Source: a virus
Lineage: Duplodnaviria; Caudoviricetes
Virus record (IMG/VR): IMGVR_UViG_3300021400_000080
Coordinates: 11,710-75,709 of that record
Reading direction: 5' to 3' (one strand)
Length of the DNA: 64,000 bases
Part shown: piece after piece, positions 1 through 7,182 of the stretch
Layout of the letters: every line of letters begins with the position of its first letter
Numbering within the stretch: the stretch's first letter is position 1
Notes under the pieces: generated by a model
The model's database searches: none
What the model was told of the DNA's origin: nothing
What the model saw: the letters and a program-made list of their open reading frames with translations, nothing else
Made by a program: the position numbers and the translations under genes

Positions 1-259
1 TGTATTCATTGATGTTCCCCATCTGCGTGCGGTAGTAAGGATAATCTCTGAACACCTTTTTCGAGATCTTGCCGTCATCACCGACAAAATGGGACATCTC
101 GATGCGCCTTGCCGAACCGCACCAAACATCCACAAAGAAGTCGTTGATCCCGCGCTTGAGCAGTTTGCGGATGTACTCCCCTCCGGCATCGTTCTCACAA
201 TTCTTGGTGAACCAACGGCCAGTCGGCAGCTTGTATCCGATCGCGTAACTGATACTCAT
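1..259 (-). CDS. hypothetical protein, partial (runs off window start)
   Basis: ATG at 259 overlaps the stop of the upstream gene; open frame MSISYAIGYKLPTGRWFTKN... to the edge. Confidence 0.5.
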   Translation of the reverse strand, partial: MSISYAIGYKLPTGRWFTKNCENDAGGEYIRKLLKRGINDFFVDVWCGSARRIEMSHFVGDDGKISKKVFRDYPYYRTQMGNINEY

Positions 260-441
260 TCAACATCACCGGTTGAAACAGGGGGGTAGATGTTTGCCGT
301 GAACTTGTCGATGATGTGTGATTCGTATTCGCACCCGCAATACTCTGCGTATGCGAAAACGAAATCAATCTCGTTGTCGAACTTCTCCGTTCTCTCGTAT
401 TCCCCATTGTGTCCGAAGATGTGCAGCTTGTAGGTTGTCAT
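256..441 (-). CDS. hypothetical protein (61 aa)
   Basis: GAGGAATCGAAATG start context, also seen at 12989 and 13259; AT-rich promoter-like region upstream. Confidence 0.6.
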   Translation of the reverse strand: MTTYKLHIFGHNGEYERTEKFDNEIDFVFAYAEYCGCEYESHIIDKFTANIYPPVSTGDVE

Positions 442-535
442 TTCGATTCCTCTTTTTCCCTTGCGCTTCTGCGCTTGTTATTTGAGATATAGCATTAAGC
501 AATATAAATAATTTGTTATCAACCCCCCTTATTAT

Positions 536-547
536 TACGCGCGCGTA
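536..547. promoter_or_regulatory. 12-bp perfect palindrome TACGCGCGCGTA
   Basis: Identical copy at 13115-13126; both are intergenic and next to AT-rich promoter-like DNA. Confidence 0.5.
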
Positions 548-563
548 TAATCACGCGATTGTT

Positions 564-815
564 TCACTCATTGTTTTCTGATTCGACCTTTTCTGGTTCT
601 ACCGGACCCAAACCGTTCCACAATAGGATCGCGGTCTCGCGGTCCTGTGCCAGCGGTCCCCTGAATCCGCACCCGGCGCACTTGACCTGGATGCCGAGGG
701 GACGGAACGACCCCGTGGTCCATGTGCGGTCCGATCCGCACCGGGGACACGGCTGCACGTCCTCCCTCGGTCCGTGCTTCTCCCTGTGCGCTCTCCACTT
801 CTCTCCTATGCTCAT
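564..815 (-). CDS. Lar-like (restriction alleviation) zinc-ribbon protein
   Basis: PCPRCGS...VKCAGCGFRGP...ETAILLWN matches the Lar-family pattern. Confidence 0.6.
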   Translation of the reverse strand: MSIGEKWRAHREKHGPREDVQPCPRCGSDRTWTTGSFRPLGIQVKCAGCGFRGPLAQDRETAILLWNGLGPVEPEKVESENNE

Positions 816-1522
816 AATACCACCTTCTTGTCCAGTCTCTTGATGATGTTCTCGTCATTGACCATCCTCGGAGCCACATAGTAGGACATCCTTACACCGT
901 AGGCATCCCATGTGAACTTCGCAATAGATTGATTCTCCCAATCCACGGTCACGTCCCCCTTGACCATCCTTGCCAGCTTCTTGAGGTAGGCCGCAGCGAA
1001 CAACGTGTATCCGGGTTCCCCGATGTTCCCGTGCATCTTGACACGGATATTGTCCAGTATGCCCATGTAGTGACCTTCGGAGTCGTTCTTGATGTAAATC
1101 ACCGGATCGTCCTTGAGGTCTTGGGATGCCAGCACCTGGATGGTCTTGGAATCAACGGATGCCCGGTAAGGATAGGTCTTGACGAGGACCCTCTTGAGGT
1201 TCGGAGATAGACCCTCTATCACATACTGACGATGGCATACCGTGACATCCGCACCGATGTTGTGCGAACTGCCGTCCTCCGCGAAAGAGATGGTCCCCTT
1301 GAATCTGTTAAGGCCTCTGCCCAACGTTTCTGCCGAGATCGTGAACGGCTGCGTAGCGATTACCGGACCCGTCTCAATGTTCTCGATGGTCAGCATGGTA
1401 CTGCGTATGTTATCCAGCGCGTACATCATATCCTCGCCCAGCTGCGCTGCTGCATCCTTGTTCACGGTCATCAGACACTTGGCGATGTATTTGAGCCGGG
1501 TTGAATCAATTGCCGGATCCAT
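812..1522 (-). CDS. PCNA-like DNA sliding clamp
   Basis: 236 aa, the typical PCNA length; C-terminal MSYYVAPR resembles the archaeal PCNA YYLAPR end; AYLKKLARMVKGDVTV segment. Confidence 0.7.
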   Translation of the reverse strand: MDPAIDSTRLKYIAKCLMTVNKDAAAQLGEDMMYALDNIRSTMLTIENIETGPVIATQPFTISAETLGRGLNRFKGTISFAEDGSSHNIGADVTVCHRQYVIEGLSPNLKRVLVKTYPYRASVDSKTIQVLASQDLKDDPVIYIKNDSEGHYMGILDNIRVKMHGNIGEPGYTLFAAAYLKKLARMVKGDVTVDWENQSIAKFTWDAYGVRMSYYVAPRMVNDENIIKRLDKKVVL

Positions 1523-1772
1523 ATTCGTTCCCTCCGTAGCGGTTCGCCCAATCCAGGATTCCGTGTAATGCTATCCTGTCCTCGTCCGTGGTCGCGGATA
1601 TGCTCACGATGTCGGTTGAACGTATCAGCGTGGTACACGGCTCATCCTCATTATCGGTCGGCAGCTCCCATATCGGGATCCATACTTCCTCTTGCAGACT
1701 CGACAATATGTCCTCCCACAGATGAGGGGTAGCGAACTCCTTGCCGTCCCTTGTCCTGATTATTATGCTCAT
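1506..1772 (-). CDS. hypothetical protein
   Basis: ATGA-coupled ORF MSIIIRTRDGKEF... Confidence 0.55.
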   Translation of the reverse strand: MSIIIRTRDGKEFATPHLWEDILSSLQEEVWIPIWELPTDNEDEPCTTLIRSTDIVSISATTDEDRIALHGILDWANRYGGNEYGSGN

Positions 1773-2887
1773 TCCTTCTTCCTCTCCAATCTCTTGTATC
1801 TCTCGATGTCCTTCTCCGGGGGGTTGAAAACCCATCCCAGGAGCCATGTATCCTTATCGTCCTTGCCCTTCCTGTAAATCTGCCAACGGCTGCCCTTGAT
1901 GTCCCCTGAAAGGGCATCGCAGCCGTAACCCGTGCGCGTGTCCTCGATGTAGCGGGTGAACACCCGATCCTCGGTATATCCCTCCACACGGAGGAAATTA
2001 TCGAAATCGGTGAAATAATCCTCGGCTCCGTCCGACATGGTAGACCCCATGCTCGACCGCCATATCCAGTCGTTGCGCGGGGTCCTCGGTTTGTTCACGG
2101 GATCGGGATACGCTTGGGAACATACCTTGCAATACCTCTTCCCGTCCACCTGGATGTCCTCTCCGTACAATTCGTATCCGCGCCACTTCTTATGGCACAC
2201 GCAGCACTTCGGCTCGTAATCATCGGACAGATACTTGAAGTAGTCATTGACCGCATAGCACCACTTAGATATGTCGTAGTGCATCCCCCCGTTCTTGTCG
2301 CGGTATCCTCCGATACGGTGTCTCTTATCCCCTTCGGAGTCCTCAACGAATGTCAAGGGGAACAACTCGAACGGAATGTCCTCTTCTTTTCTTCCACACG
2401 GATGTTTGCCTCCGTTCCACGACACATCGCAGCGGTAGTCCTTATACTCCGGATTGCAGTACAGTACGTCCGGTATCTGATTGATAGGGTATGTTCCCCA
2501 ATAATTACCCGAACAATTCAGATGTTCGCACGTCTTGAGGTTGATACGGTACTTCTTGGGATCGGACCAATCCTCGCATGTAAATATACCGAGTGGCTTG
2601 TATTCGGGTATGATCTCCGCTTCTATCGTGGGTTCCTCTCCGCACCACGGACATACTTTTAAGTGAAGATCCAGCGACTCCTTGAGCCGGGCGGTAATCT
2701 CCTTCTCCATCTTCTTGGCCTTGAGGTACTGCTCGTGTTCCCTATCCTTCCTCTTCTTCTCCGTGTCTCTCAACTCCCGTAGGTTGTCTGCCGATTCCTG
2801 CAATAACCTCATAAGATTGTTATGGGCGCGTTGCTCCTTCTCGGCTTTCCTCTGCGCCCTTCTGTCCAGCATCCTTCTTACTCCCAT
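1769..2887 (-). CDS. coiled-coil and Cys-rich (zinc-binding) hypothetical protein
   Basis: CPWC and CCVC...CKVC motifs; start uncertain (2872 or 2887 rather than 3040). Confidence 0.6.
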   Translation of the reverse strand: MGVRRMLDRRAQRKAEKEQRAHNNLMRLLQESADNLRELRDTEKKRKDREHEQYLKAKKMEKEITARLKESLDLHLKVCPWCGEEPTIEAEIIPEYKPLGIFTCEDWSDPKKYRINLKTCEHLNCSGNYWGTYPINQIPDVLYCNPEYKDYRCDVSWNGGKHPCGRKEEDIPFELFPLTFVEDSEGDKRHRIGGYRDKNGGMHYDISKWCYAVNDYFKYLSDDYEPKCCVCHKKWRGYELYGEDIQVDGKRYCKVCSQAYPDPVNKPRTPRNDWIWRSSMGSTMSDGAEDYFTDFDNFLRVEGYTEDRVFTRYIEDTRTGYGCDALSGDIKGSRWQIYRKGKDDKDTWLLGWVFNPPEKDIERYKRLERKKE

Positions 2888-3230
2888 CAGTCCACTTCCT
2901 CTCGAAATCCAGTTTTCTCTTCTCCCTTTCCATTTCCCCTTCTTTCCAACATTCGTGCCGCCATTCATCGTACATCTTGGACAGTTTGGCCGCGCATCTC
3001 GGACATACGGTCTCATAAACCTTCGCACGGGGTCTCCCACGGGATTTGCCGTGAATGATAGGGGGATAGCGACATATATTGAAGAACGGTCCTCCGGTCA
3101 TCTTGATCTTCAGGGTCTTAGGGGACACATAGGACCAATCGTTGTATCCTCCGACGTACATGTTTTCTCTGTCAGCGATACGTCCACACACATCGCATAG
3201 CGTTCCCTCAAGAACGATCTTCTTCCTCAT
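2820..3230 (-). CDS. zinc-binding hypothetical protein, tandem paralog A
   Basis: MRKKIVLEGTLCDVCG...CPRC...LDFERKW, similar to 3227-3583. Confidence 0.7.
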   Translation of the reverse strand: MRKKIVLEGTLCDVCGRIADRENMYVGGYNDWSYVSPKTLKIKMTGGPFFNICRYPPIIHGKSRGRPRAKVYETVCPRCAAKLSKMYDEWRHECWKEGEMEREKRKLDFERKWTDGSKKDAGQKGAEESREGATRP

Positions 3231-3583
3231 TCCTCTCCCCCGGTTCTGCCTCCGTATTTCTGCTCGAAATCGAGTATGCGTTTGGCACGTTCCTCTTCGC
3301 CGGCCTTGTCACACTCTCTTATCCATTGATTATAATGGCTTAGAAAACGAGACACACATCTCGGACAGATCTGTTTCTTCCCCGTTCTGATGTTGTGGTA
3401 TCCGTATACCGTTTCGAGACCCCTGTACTTGAGGGGGGATGACATCTTCACGGTCAGTCTTTTTTCGCATACCCACGATATATCATGCCCTGTCACGGGA
3501 TCCTTCTCCACAAGGATGCCCGGGTCTATCACACACCCGCACGTTTCGCAGATCGCTCCGTCCAACACCATCTTCTTTCTCAT
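3227..3583 (-). CDS. zinc-binding hypothetical protein, tandem paralog B
   Basis: MRKKMVLDGAICETCG...CPRC...LDFEQKY. Confidence 0.7.
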   Translation of the reverse strand: MRKKMVLDGAICETCGCVIDPGILVEKDPVTGHDISWVCEKRLTVKMSSPLKYRGLETVYGYHNIRTGKKQICPRCVSRFLSHYNQWIRECDKAGEEERAKRILDFEQKYGGRTGGEE

Positions 3584-3945
3584 ATCCTCAACCTCAATTG
3601 CGTATCTATCGACATATCCCTCTGAACTTCATCGAGATGCTGGCTGATGGGATATGTTCCCCAATACGAATAATTCTCCGCATATTCCTTGATAGTGCCG
3701 CAGCCGTCACCACAATAGAACTGTCTGCGCCATGTCCTCTTGATGTACCACGGCTCCGGGTCCCTTTTTTCGGACAATCTCTTCTTCTTGGACCTCTGAC
3801 CGCATGCACATGTCCAAATGCGCTTGTACTCCGGTCTGTATCCGTTCAGATGATGTTTGCGGTATAAGGGCGAATAGTCGCAATACGGACAGTATGTCCA
3901 TTTGTAGTCGGGGTTGGTGATGTAGTCGGGGATGTAATCACTCAT
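3580..3945 (-). CDS. Cys-rich hypothetical protein
   Basis: CPYC, CACG; shares YWGTYPI(S/N)Q with 1769-2887. Confidence 0.6.
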   Translation of the reverse strand: MSDYIPDYITNPDYKWTYCPYCDYSPLYRKHHLNGYRPEYKRIWTCACGQRSKKKRLSEKRDPEPWYIKRTWRRQFYCGDGCGTIKEYAENYSYWGTYPISQHLDEVQRDMSIDTQLRLRI

Positions 3946-4147
3946 GTCTATCATCTGACACGATACGATGGATAGCGTACTTGATGTTGCACATCGGACA
4001 ATGGCACGGATACTCCCTTTCGTAGCTGTCCTTGTCGCAGCGTGAACAATGTCCGAGATAACGTTCCGCATATCCCTTGATAGGGATCTTCGTTCCGCAC
4101 CACGGACATACGGTCTCGCCGGGTTGTTCTTTCCACTCCCAGGTCAT
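3938..4147 (-). CDS. zinc-finger protein
   Basis: CPWC, CSRC and CPMC motifs; ATGA-coupled. Confidence 0.65.
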   Translation of the reverse strand: MTWEWKEQPGETVCPWCGTKIPIKGYAERYLGHCSRCDKDSYEREYPCHCPMCNIKYAIHRIVSDDRHE

Positions 4148-4725
4148 GCGGCCCACTCGTCCATCGACCTCTGCGGGGTCTTGCCGTCCATATCATCGAC
4201 GATCACACCTAGGATGGCCGCGAAACAATCCACGACCACACTGTTCCCTGCGAAACGGTAGATCGCACTGTTGGAGTAGGTCGGCTTTTCCGTGACCTTG
4301 CCGTTCTTGGCGGTCTTGACGGTCTTGGCATCCATCAGACGATCTATCTCATCGTCGTCGTACCCCATCAGGCGCATACATTCGCGCGGGGTCAGTTTAC
4401 GCACGCGCAATCTGGATACGTCGGTCTCATCGAGGGCATCTCCTATCTCTCCGGCATCGGACATCTTGTAGCTGCCCGACTTGTCGCGGTAGACATAGCC
4501 GACGTAGGGGTTGCCGTCCTTGTCGGTGAACACACCATCCGCGACATCGCCCATATAGCCGACATGCCCTATCTCGTGACCGATCCCGTCGTAAACGGGG
4601 ATGTCCGGACCGTGGACCTCGTGGATACCGTGGCGGTATTCCCATTCCGCGACCGCGCCCTTGAGGGCATCTGTCAGACTGTCGTATCTCTTCGCGTTCT
4701 CTTCCTTACTCAATGTGTATTCCAT
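4144..4725 (-). CDS. C5-cytosine DNA methyltransferase C-terminal subunit (motifs IX-X) fused to a small Tyr/Lys-family domain
   Basis: RKLTPRECMRLMGY (motif IX) and YRFAGNSVVV (motif X); the N-terminal ~100 aa has YDSLTDALKGA and YKMSDAGEIG. Confidence 0.85.
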   Translation of the reverse strand: MEYTLSKEENAKRYDSLTDALKGAVAEWEYRHGIHEVHGPDIPVYDGIGHEIGHVGYMGDVADGVFTDKDGNPYVGYVYRDKSGSYKMSDAGEIGDALDETDVSRLRVRKLTPRECMRLMGYDDDEIDRLMDAKTVKTAKNGKVTEKPTYSNSAIYRFAGNSVVVDCFAAILGVIVDDMDGKTPQRSMDEWAA

Positions 4726-4782
4726 TGTAGCACACTCGTTGTTCTATCCAGTGATTGTAGGTATAAATACAATTCCATACAA

Positions 4783-4968
4783 TCACATACAATCAATTGC
4801 CTTGACTACTACTCCTACCCCGCCGCCGGACCATGTGGTGATGGAGTTGCTTCTGCCGTGGGTGACGGGTGATTTGCTCTTACCGGGGAACTCCGTGAAG
4901 ATGGAATCTCCCTCGTATGCCTACATATATCCCGTAGGGTTATCGGCTCTGATCCTTATGCACTGCAT
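4783..4968 (-). CDS. stand-alone methyltransferase TRD module with in-frame TAG
   Basis: MQCIRIRADNPTGYM*AYEGDSIFTEFPGK...SNSITTWSGGGVGVVV; TAG at 4921-4923 lies inside the GYxxAxEGDSI motif. Confidence 0.75.
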
Positions 4969-5116
4969 CCTCTCTCTCCGTCATAACCATCACTGCCTGA
5001 CCCCCTCCGTTAATCGACGTTATCGTGGGGGATATTCCTCTCGGTGAATAGATCCTCTTCGCCATTATGTAACCCGATGGGATGTCCAATTCGGCTGCGA
5101 CGATTATCCGACACAT
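4940..5116 (-). CDS. stand-alone TRD module (58 aa, not in the ORF track)
   Basis: MCRIIVAAELDIPSGYIMAKRIYSPRGISPTITSINGGGQAVMVM... Confidence 0.8.
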   Translation of the reverse strand: MCRIIVAAELDIPSGYIMAKRIYSPRGISPTITSINGGGQAVMVMTEREDAVHKDQSR

Positions 5117-5288
5117 CCCAAACCACTACTCCCAATTCACCGGGTCTTGCCGTTACGGTTCCCGCTACCCCTCCCCCCATAACGGGGGTATGACGATCCC
5201 CTACATAGGTCAGGAACACACAATCCCAAACATGGGCCGTCTTGAACTTTCTCTCTTGGTTCGCCACTATCCTTACCACGTCGGACAT
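5010..5288 (-). CDS. stand-alone TRD module
   Basis: WDCVFLTYVGDRHTPVMGGGVAGTVTARPGELGVVV, similar to the 4783-4968 class. Confidence 0.65.
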   Translation of the reverse strand: MSDVVRIVANQERKFKTAHVWDCVFLTYVGDRHTPVMGGGVAGTVTARPGELGVVVWDVSDNRRSRIGHPIGLHNGEEDLFTERNIPHDNVD

Positions 5289-5458
5289 AATACCGTACCT
5301 CCTCCGTCCTTACTGCGGATCGTACTGCTCTATCCGTCTGCACTGATTATCGCCTCGCCTTTATAATGCGGGTCTGCTGCGATACGGATGATCCCCGATT
5401 GGGGGGATATACGACCCAGGTTGCTCACCTTCCAATGATTGCGGGTATCTTCTTCCAT
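5273..5458 (-). CDS. stand-alone TRD module with in-frame TAG
   Basis: ...IISADG*SSTIRSKDGGGTVL; TAG at 5330-5332 occupies the x of GxSPTI. Confidence 0.65.
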
Positions 5459-5459
5459 G

Positions 5460-5831
5460 TTAAACCTCCACCGCTATCCAACCCGGATGATTGGCGGTTA
5501 TGGTCGGGGACAATCCTCTTTCGTGATATGCTCTGCCGCCCATCTCGAACACGTTGGGAACGGGGATGCTCACCCCGACTGCATCCCATCCTTCGATGCC
5601 CAACAGATCGCGTACCCTCGGCCATATAGACACTTCCGGGGGTGCGTTGTATCTATCCGTCCTGAACCAATGTTCGGCCTCTGTGACAGGAACGGAAAGA
5701 GCATCCGCTACGCTGCGGATCGTCATCCCCTTACGCATACGCGCATCTTTAAGGACACGGGCGAGTTCTATGGAATCGAAATCCGGACGATGGGATACCG
5801 TGAACAACACATCCAATTCGATGAGTCTCAT
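5460..5831 (-). CDS. XRE-like HTH domain fused to a TRD module
   Basis: LKDARMRKGMTIRSVADALSVPVTEAEHWF followed by RAYHERGLSPTITANHPGWIAV. Confidence 0.75.
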   Translation of the reverse strand: MRLIELDVLFTVSHRPDFDSIELARVLKDARMRKGMTIRSVADALSVPVTEAEHWFRTDRYNAPPEVSIWPRVRDLLGIEGWDAVGVSIPVPNVFEMGGRAYHERGLSPTITANHPGWIAVEV

Positions 5832-5979
5832 ATCCTCTCACCAATATCTTCGGCATCACGTTACCTCCCCCGCCCGTAGGGATGGTCGGACAGATACCCT
5901 CATCGGAATAGACCCTCTTGAGACAGTCGTAGCCGTTGAGGGCGGGCAACGTGCATACCTGTTCACATCTCTTCGTCAT
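5749..5979 (-). CDS. stand-alone TRD module
   Basis: KRVYSDEGICPTIPTGGGGNVMPKILV. Confidence 0.8.
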   Translation of the reverse strand: MTKRCEQVCTLPALNGYDCLKRVYSDEGICPTIPTGGGGNVMPKILVRGYETHRIGCVVHGIPSSGFRFHRTRPCP

Positions 5980-6121
5980 GTATCAGCACCTTGATCTGTG
6001 TCGTTCTCCCGATTGCCGTGTGTATGGTCGGGGAACAATAATCGGGATCGTAGACCCTCCTGTGTTGTTCCAGCCAGCCGGGCCAATCGAGGATGGCTAT
6101 GACCTTGCAACGATTCTCCAT
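5963..6121 (-). CDS. stand-alone TRD module (52 aa, not in the ORF track)
   Basis: MENRCKVIAILDWPGWLEQHRRVYDPDYCSPTIHTAIGRTTQIKVLI. Confidence 0.8.
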   Translation of the reverse strand: MENRCKVIAILDWPGWLEQHRRVYDPDYCSPTIHTAIGRTTQIKVLIHDEEM

Positions 6122-6248
6122 ATACTGCCACCAGTTTAGGGTCCTTATAGTCCCTGGATTCTATCGTGGGGGATATTCCTCTCGAATCGTATATCCTCCC
6201 GGCTTTCTCATAGCTGCAATCAAGGGTCCCTATCTGTCTGCATCTCAT
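5976..6248 (-). CDS. stand-alone TRD module with an out-of-frame tail overlapping the next module
   Basis: MRCRQIGTLDCSYEKAGRIYDSRGISPTIESRDYKDPKLVAV. Confidence 0.8.
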   Translation of the reverse strand: MRCRQIGTLDCSYEKAGRIYDSRGISPTIESRDYKDPKLVAVYGESLQGHSHPRLARLAGTTQEGLRSRLLFPDHTHGNRENDTDQGADT

Positions 6249-6420
6249 CCTCTTCCCTCACGAATATCATGGGTTGGTTCGCCTTGGCGAAAGCCAATGT
6301 TATAGTAGGACACAAACCTCTTCCTCCCCATACGACATTACATTTGTCGAATCCGGACGGACGGTAGTTGGGGAGGACGGCTATCTTCACCAATGCCTTA
6401 ATCGGAGTCATCATCTTCAA
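6220..6420 (-). CDS. stand-alone TRD module
   Basis: CNVVWGGRGLCPTITLAFAKANQPMIFV. Confidence 0.75.
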   Translation of the reverse strand: MKMMTPIKALVKIAVLPNYRPSGFDKCNVVWGGRGLCPTITLAFAKANQPMIFVREEDEMQTDRDP

Positions 6421-6859
6421 TCCTCCTTATTATTCCAAGATGTCCGATGTCCGTAGGTACGAGGGTAGGACAGACACAATCCTCATCCAATAGGTGAGTC
6501 ACCTCGAAAGAGAGCTGCCCGAAAGCAATATCATACCCCATCGGTTCGGACTTATCGGCTACGCGATGCCCATTGGACCATTTTCTCGGATGTCTGTAAT
6601 CAAGATAACCTTTTGCCAACAAATCGTCCAACATGGCTTGCAGTCCGTCACAATCATACAATTCCCGGATCATCTCTGTTGTAAGAGGTCTGCCTTCCTC
6701 TCCGGGATAACGTCTCCATCTGGACAATCTGCGACCCCTCAATATTATGTCCAACAATTCCCTCTGTTCCTTAGAGACTTCTCCTTTCAAGCACATATCC
6801 CACGAATGGATGACATTCTCGCCTCCGCGCTTGTCCGTGACAGTCCATCCGAGATTCAT
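6398..6859 (-). CDS. larger stand-alone methyltransferase variable-region/TRD protein (153 aa)
   Basis: ATG at 6859 (ATGA overlap); DKRGGENVIHSWD...LDDLLAKGYL...LSFEVTHLLDEDCVCPTLV recalls C5-MTase variable regions. Confidence 0.75.
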   Translation of the reverse strand: MNLGWTVTDKRGGENVIHSWDMCLKGEVSKEQRELLDIILRGRRLSRWRRYPGEEGRPLTTEMIRELYDCDGLQAMLDDLLAKGYLDYRHPRKWSNGHRVADKSEPMGYDIAFGQLSFEVTHLLDEDCVCPTLVPTDIGHLGIIRRIEDDDSD

Positions 6860-7017
6860 TTTACACACTCTTCCGAGACCCATACAAGTATGAGGGGAGG
6901 GGGACACTTGATCCCCCAATTGGCTAAGACCGTTGGAGCATCCCCGGACGGGTCGAGGACGAGATCGCGGTTCCCGTAGGTTCCTTTACCCGTCAATCCC
7001 CGTCCGATGATCTTCAA
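6856..7017 (-). CDS. stand-alone TRD module (TTG start, 53 aa)
   Basis: GGTGA RBS then TTG; LKIIGRGLTGKGTYGNRDLVLDPSGDAPTVLANWGIKCPPPLILV. Confidence 0.7.
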   Translation of the reverse strand: MKIIGRGLTGKGTYGNRDLVLDPSGDAPTVLANWGIKCPPPLILVWVSEECVK

Positions 7018-7182
7018 TGCGTACTTCACCGACATAGACCAGACCCTCGATCACATTCTTAGCGAAATGTGCCGTGATAGTGGGTGCTAATCCCCCCCCC
7101 CGTAGACACGGCCGTTCTGACCGAAGTGATTATCACCGAACATAAAGACGATTATACTCTTTTTTGCTGCGGTGCGTGCCAT
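6986..7182 (-). pseudogene. TRD module frameshifted at a G10 homopolymer (7092-7101)
   Basis: ...GQNGRVYGGG then, in the shifted frame, GLAPTITAHFAKNVIEGLVYV; G8 or G11 would restore the frame. Confidence 0.7.

Noticed and set aside
7087-7089. TAG after the G10 run as another Pyl codon
   Set aside because: It lies in the wrong frame; the conserved APTIT motif is in the shifted frame.
4783-7182. The TRD array as a single decayed pseudogene
   Set aside because: Each module has its own start, RBS-like signal and intact motif, and only one internal frameshift was seen, which fits separate genes better. Selection data are still needed.
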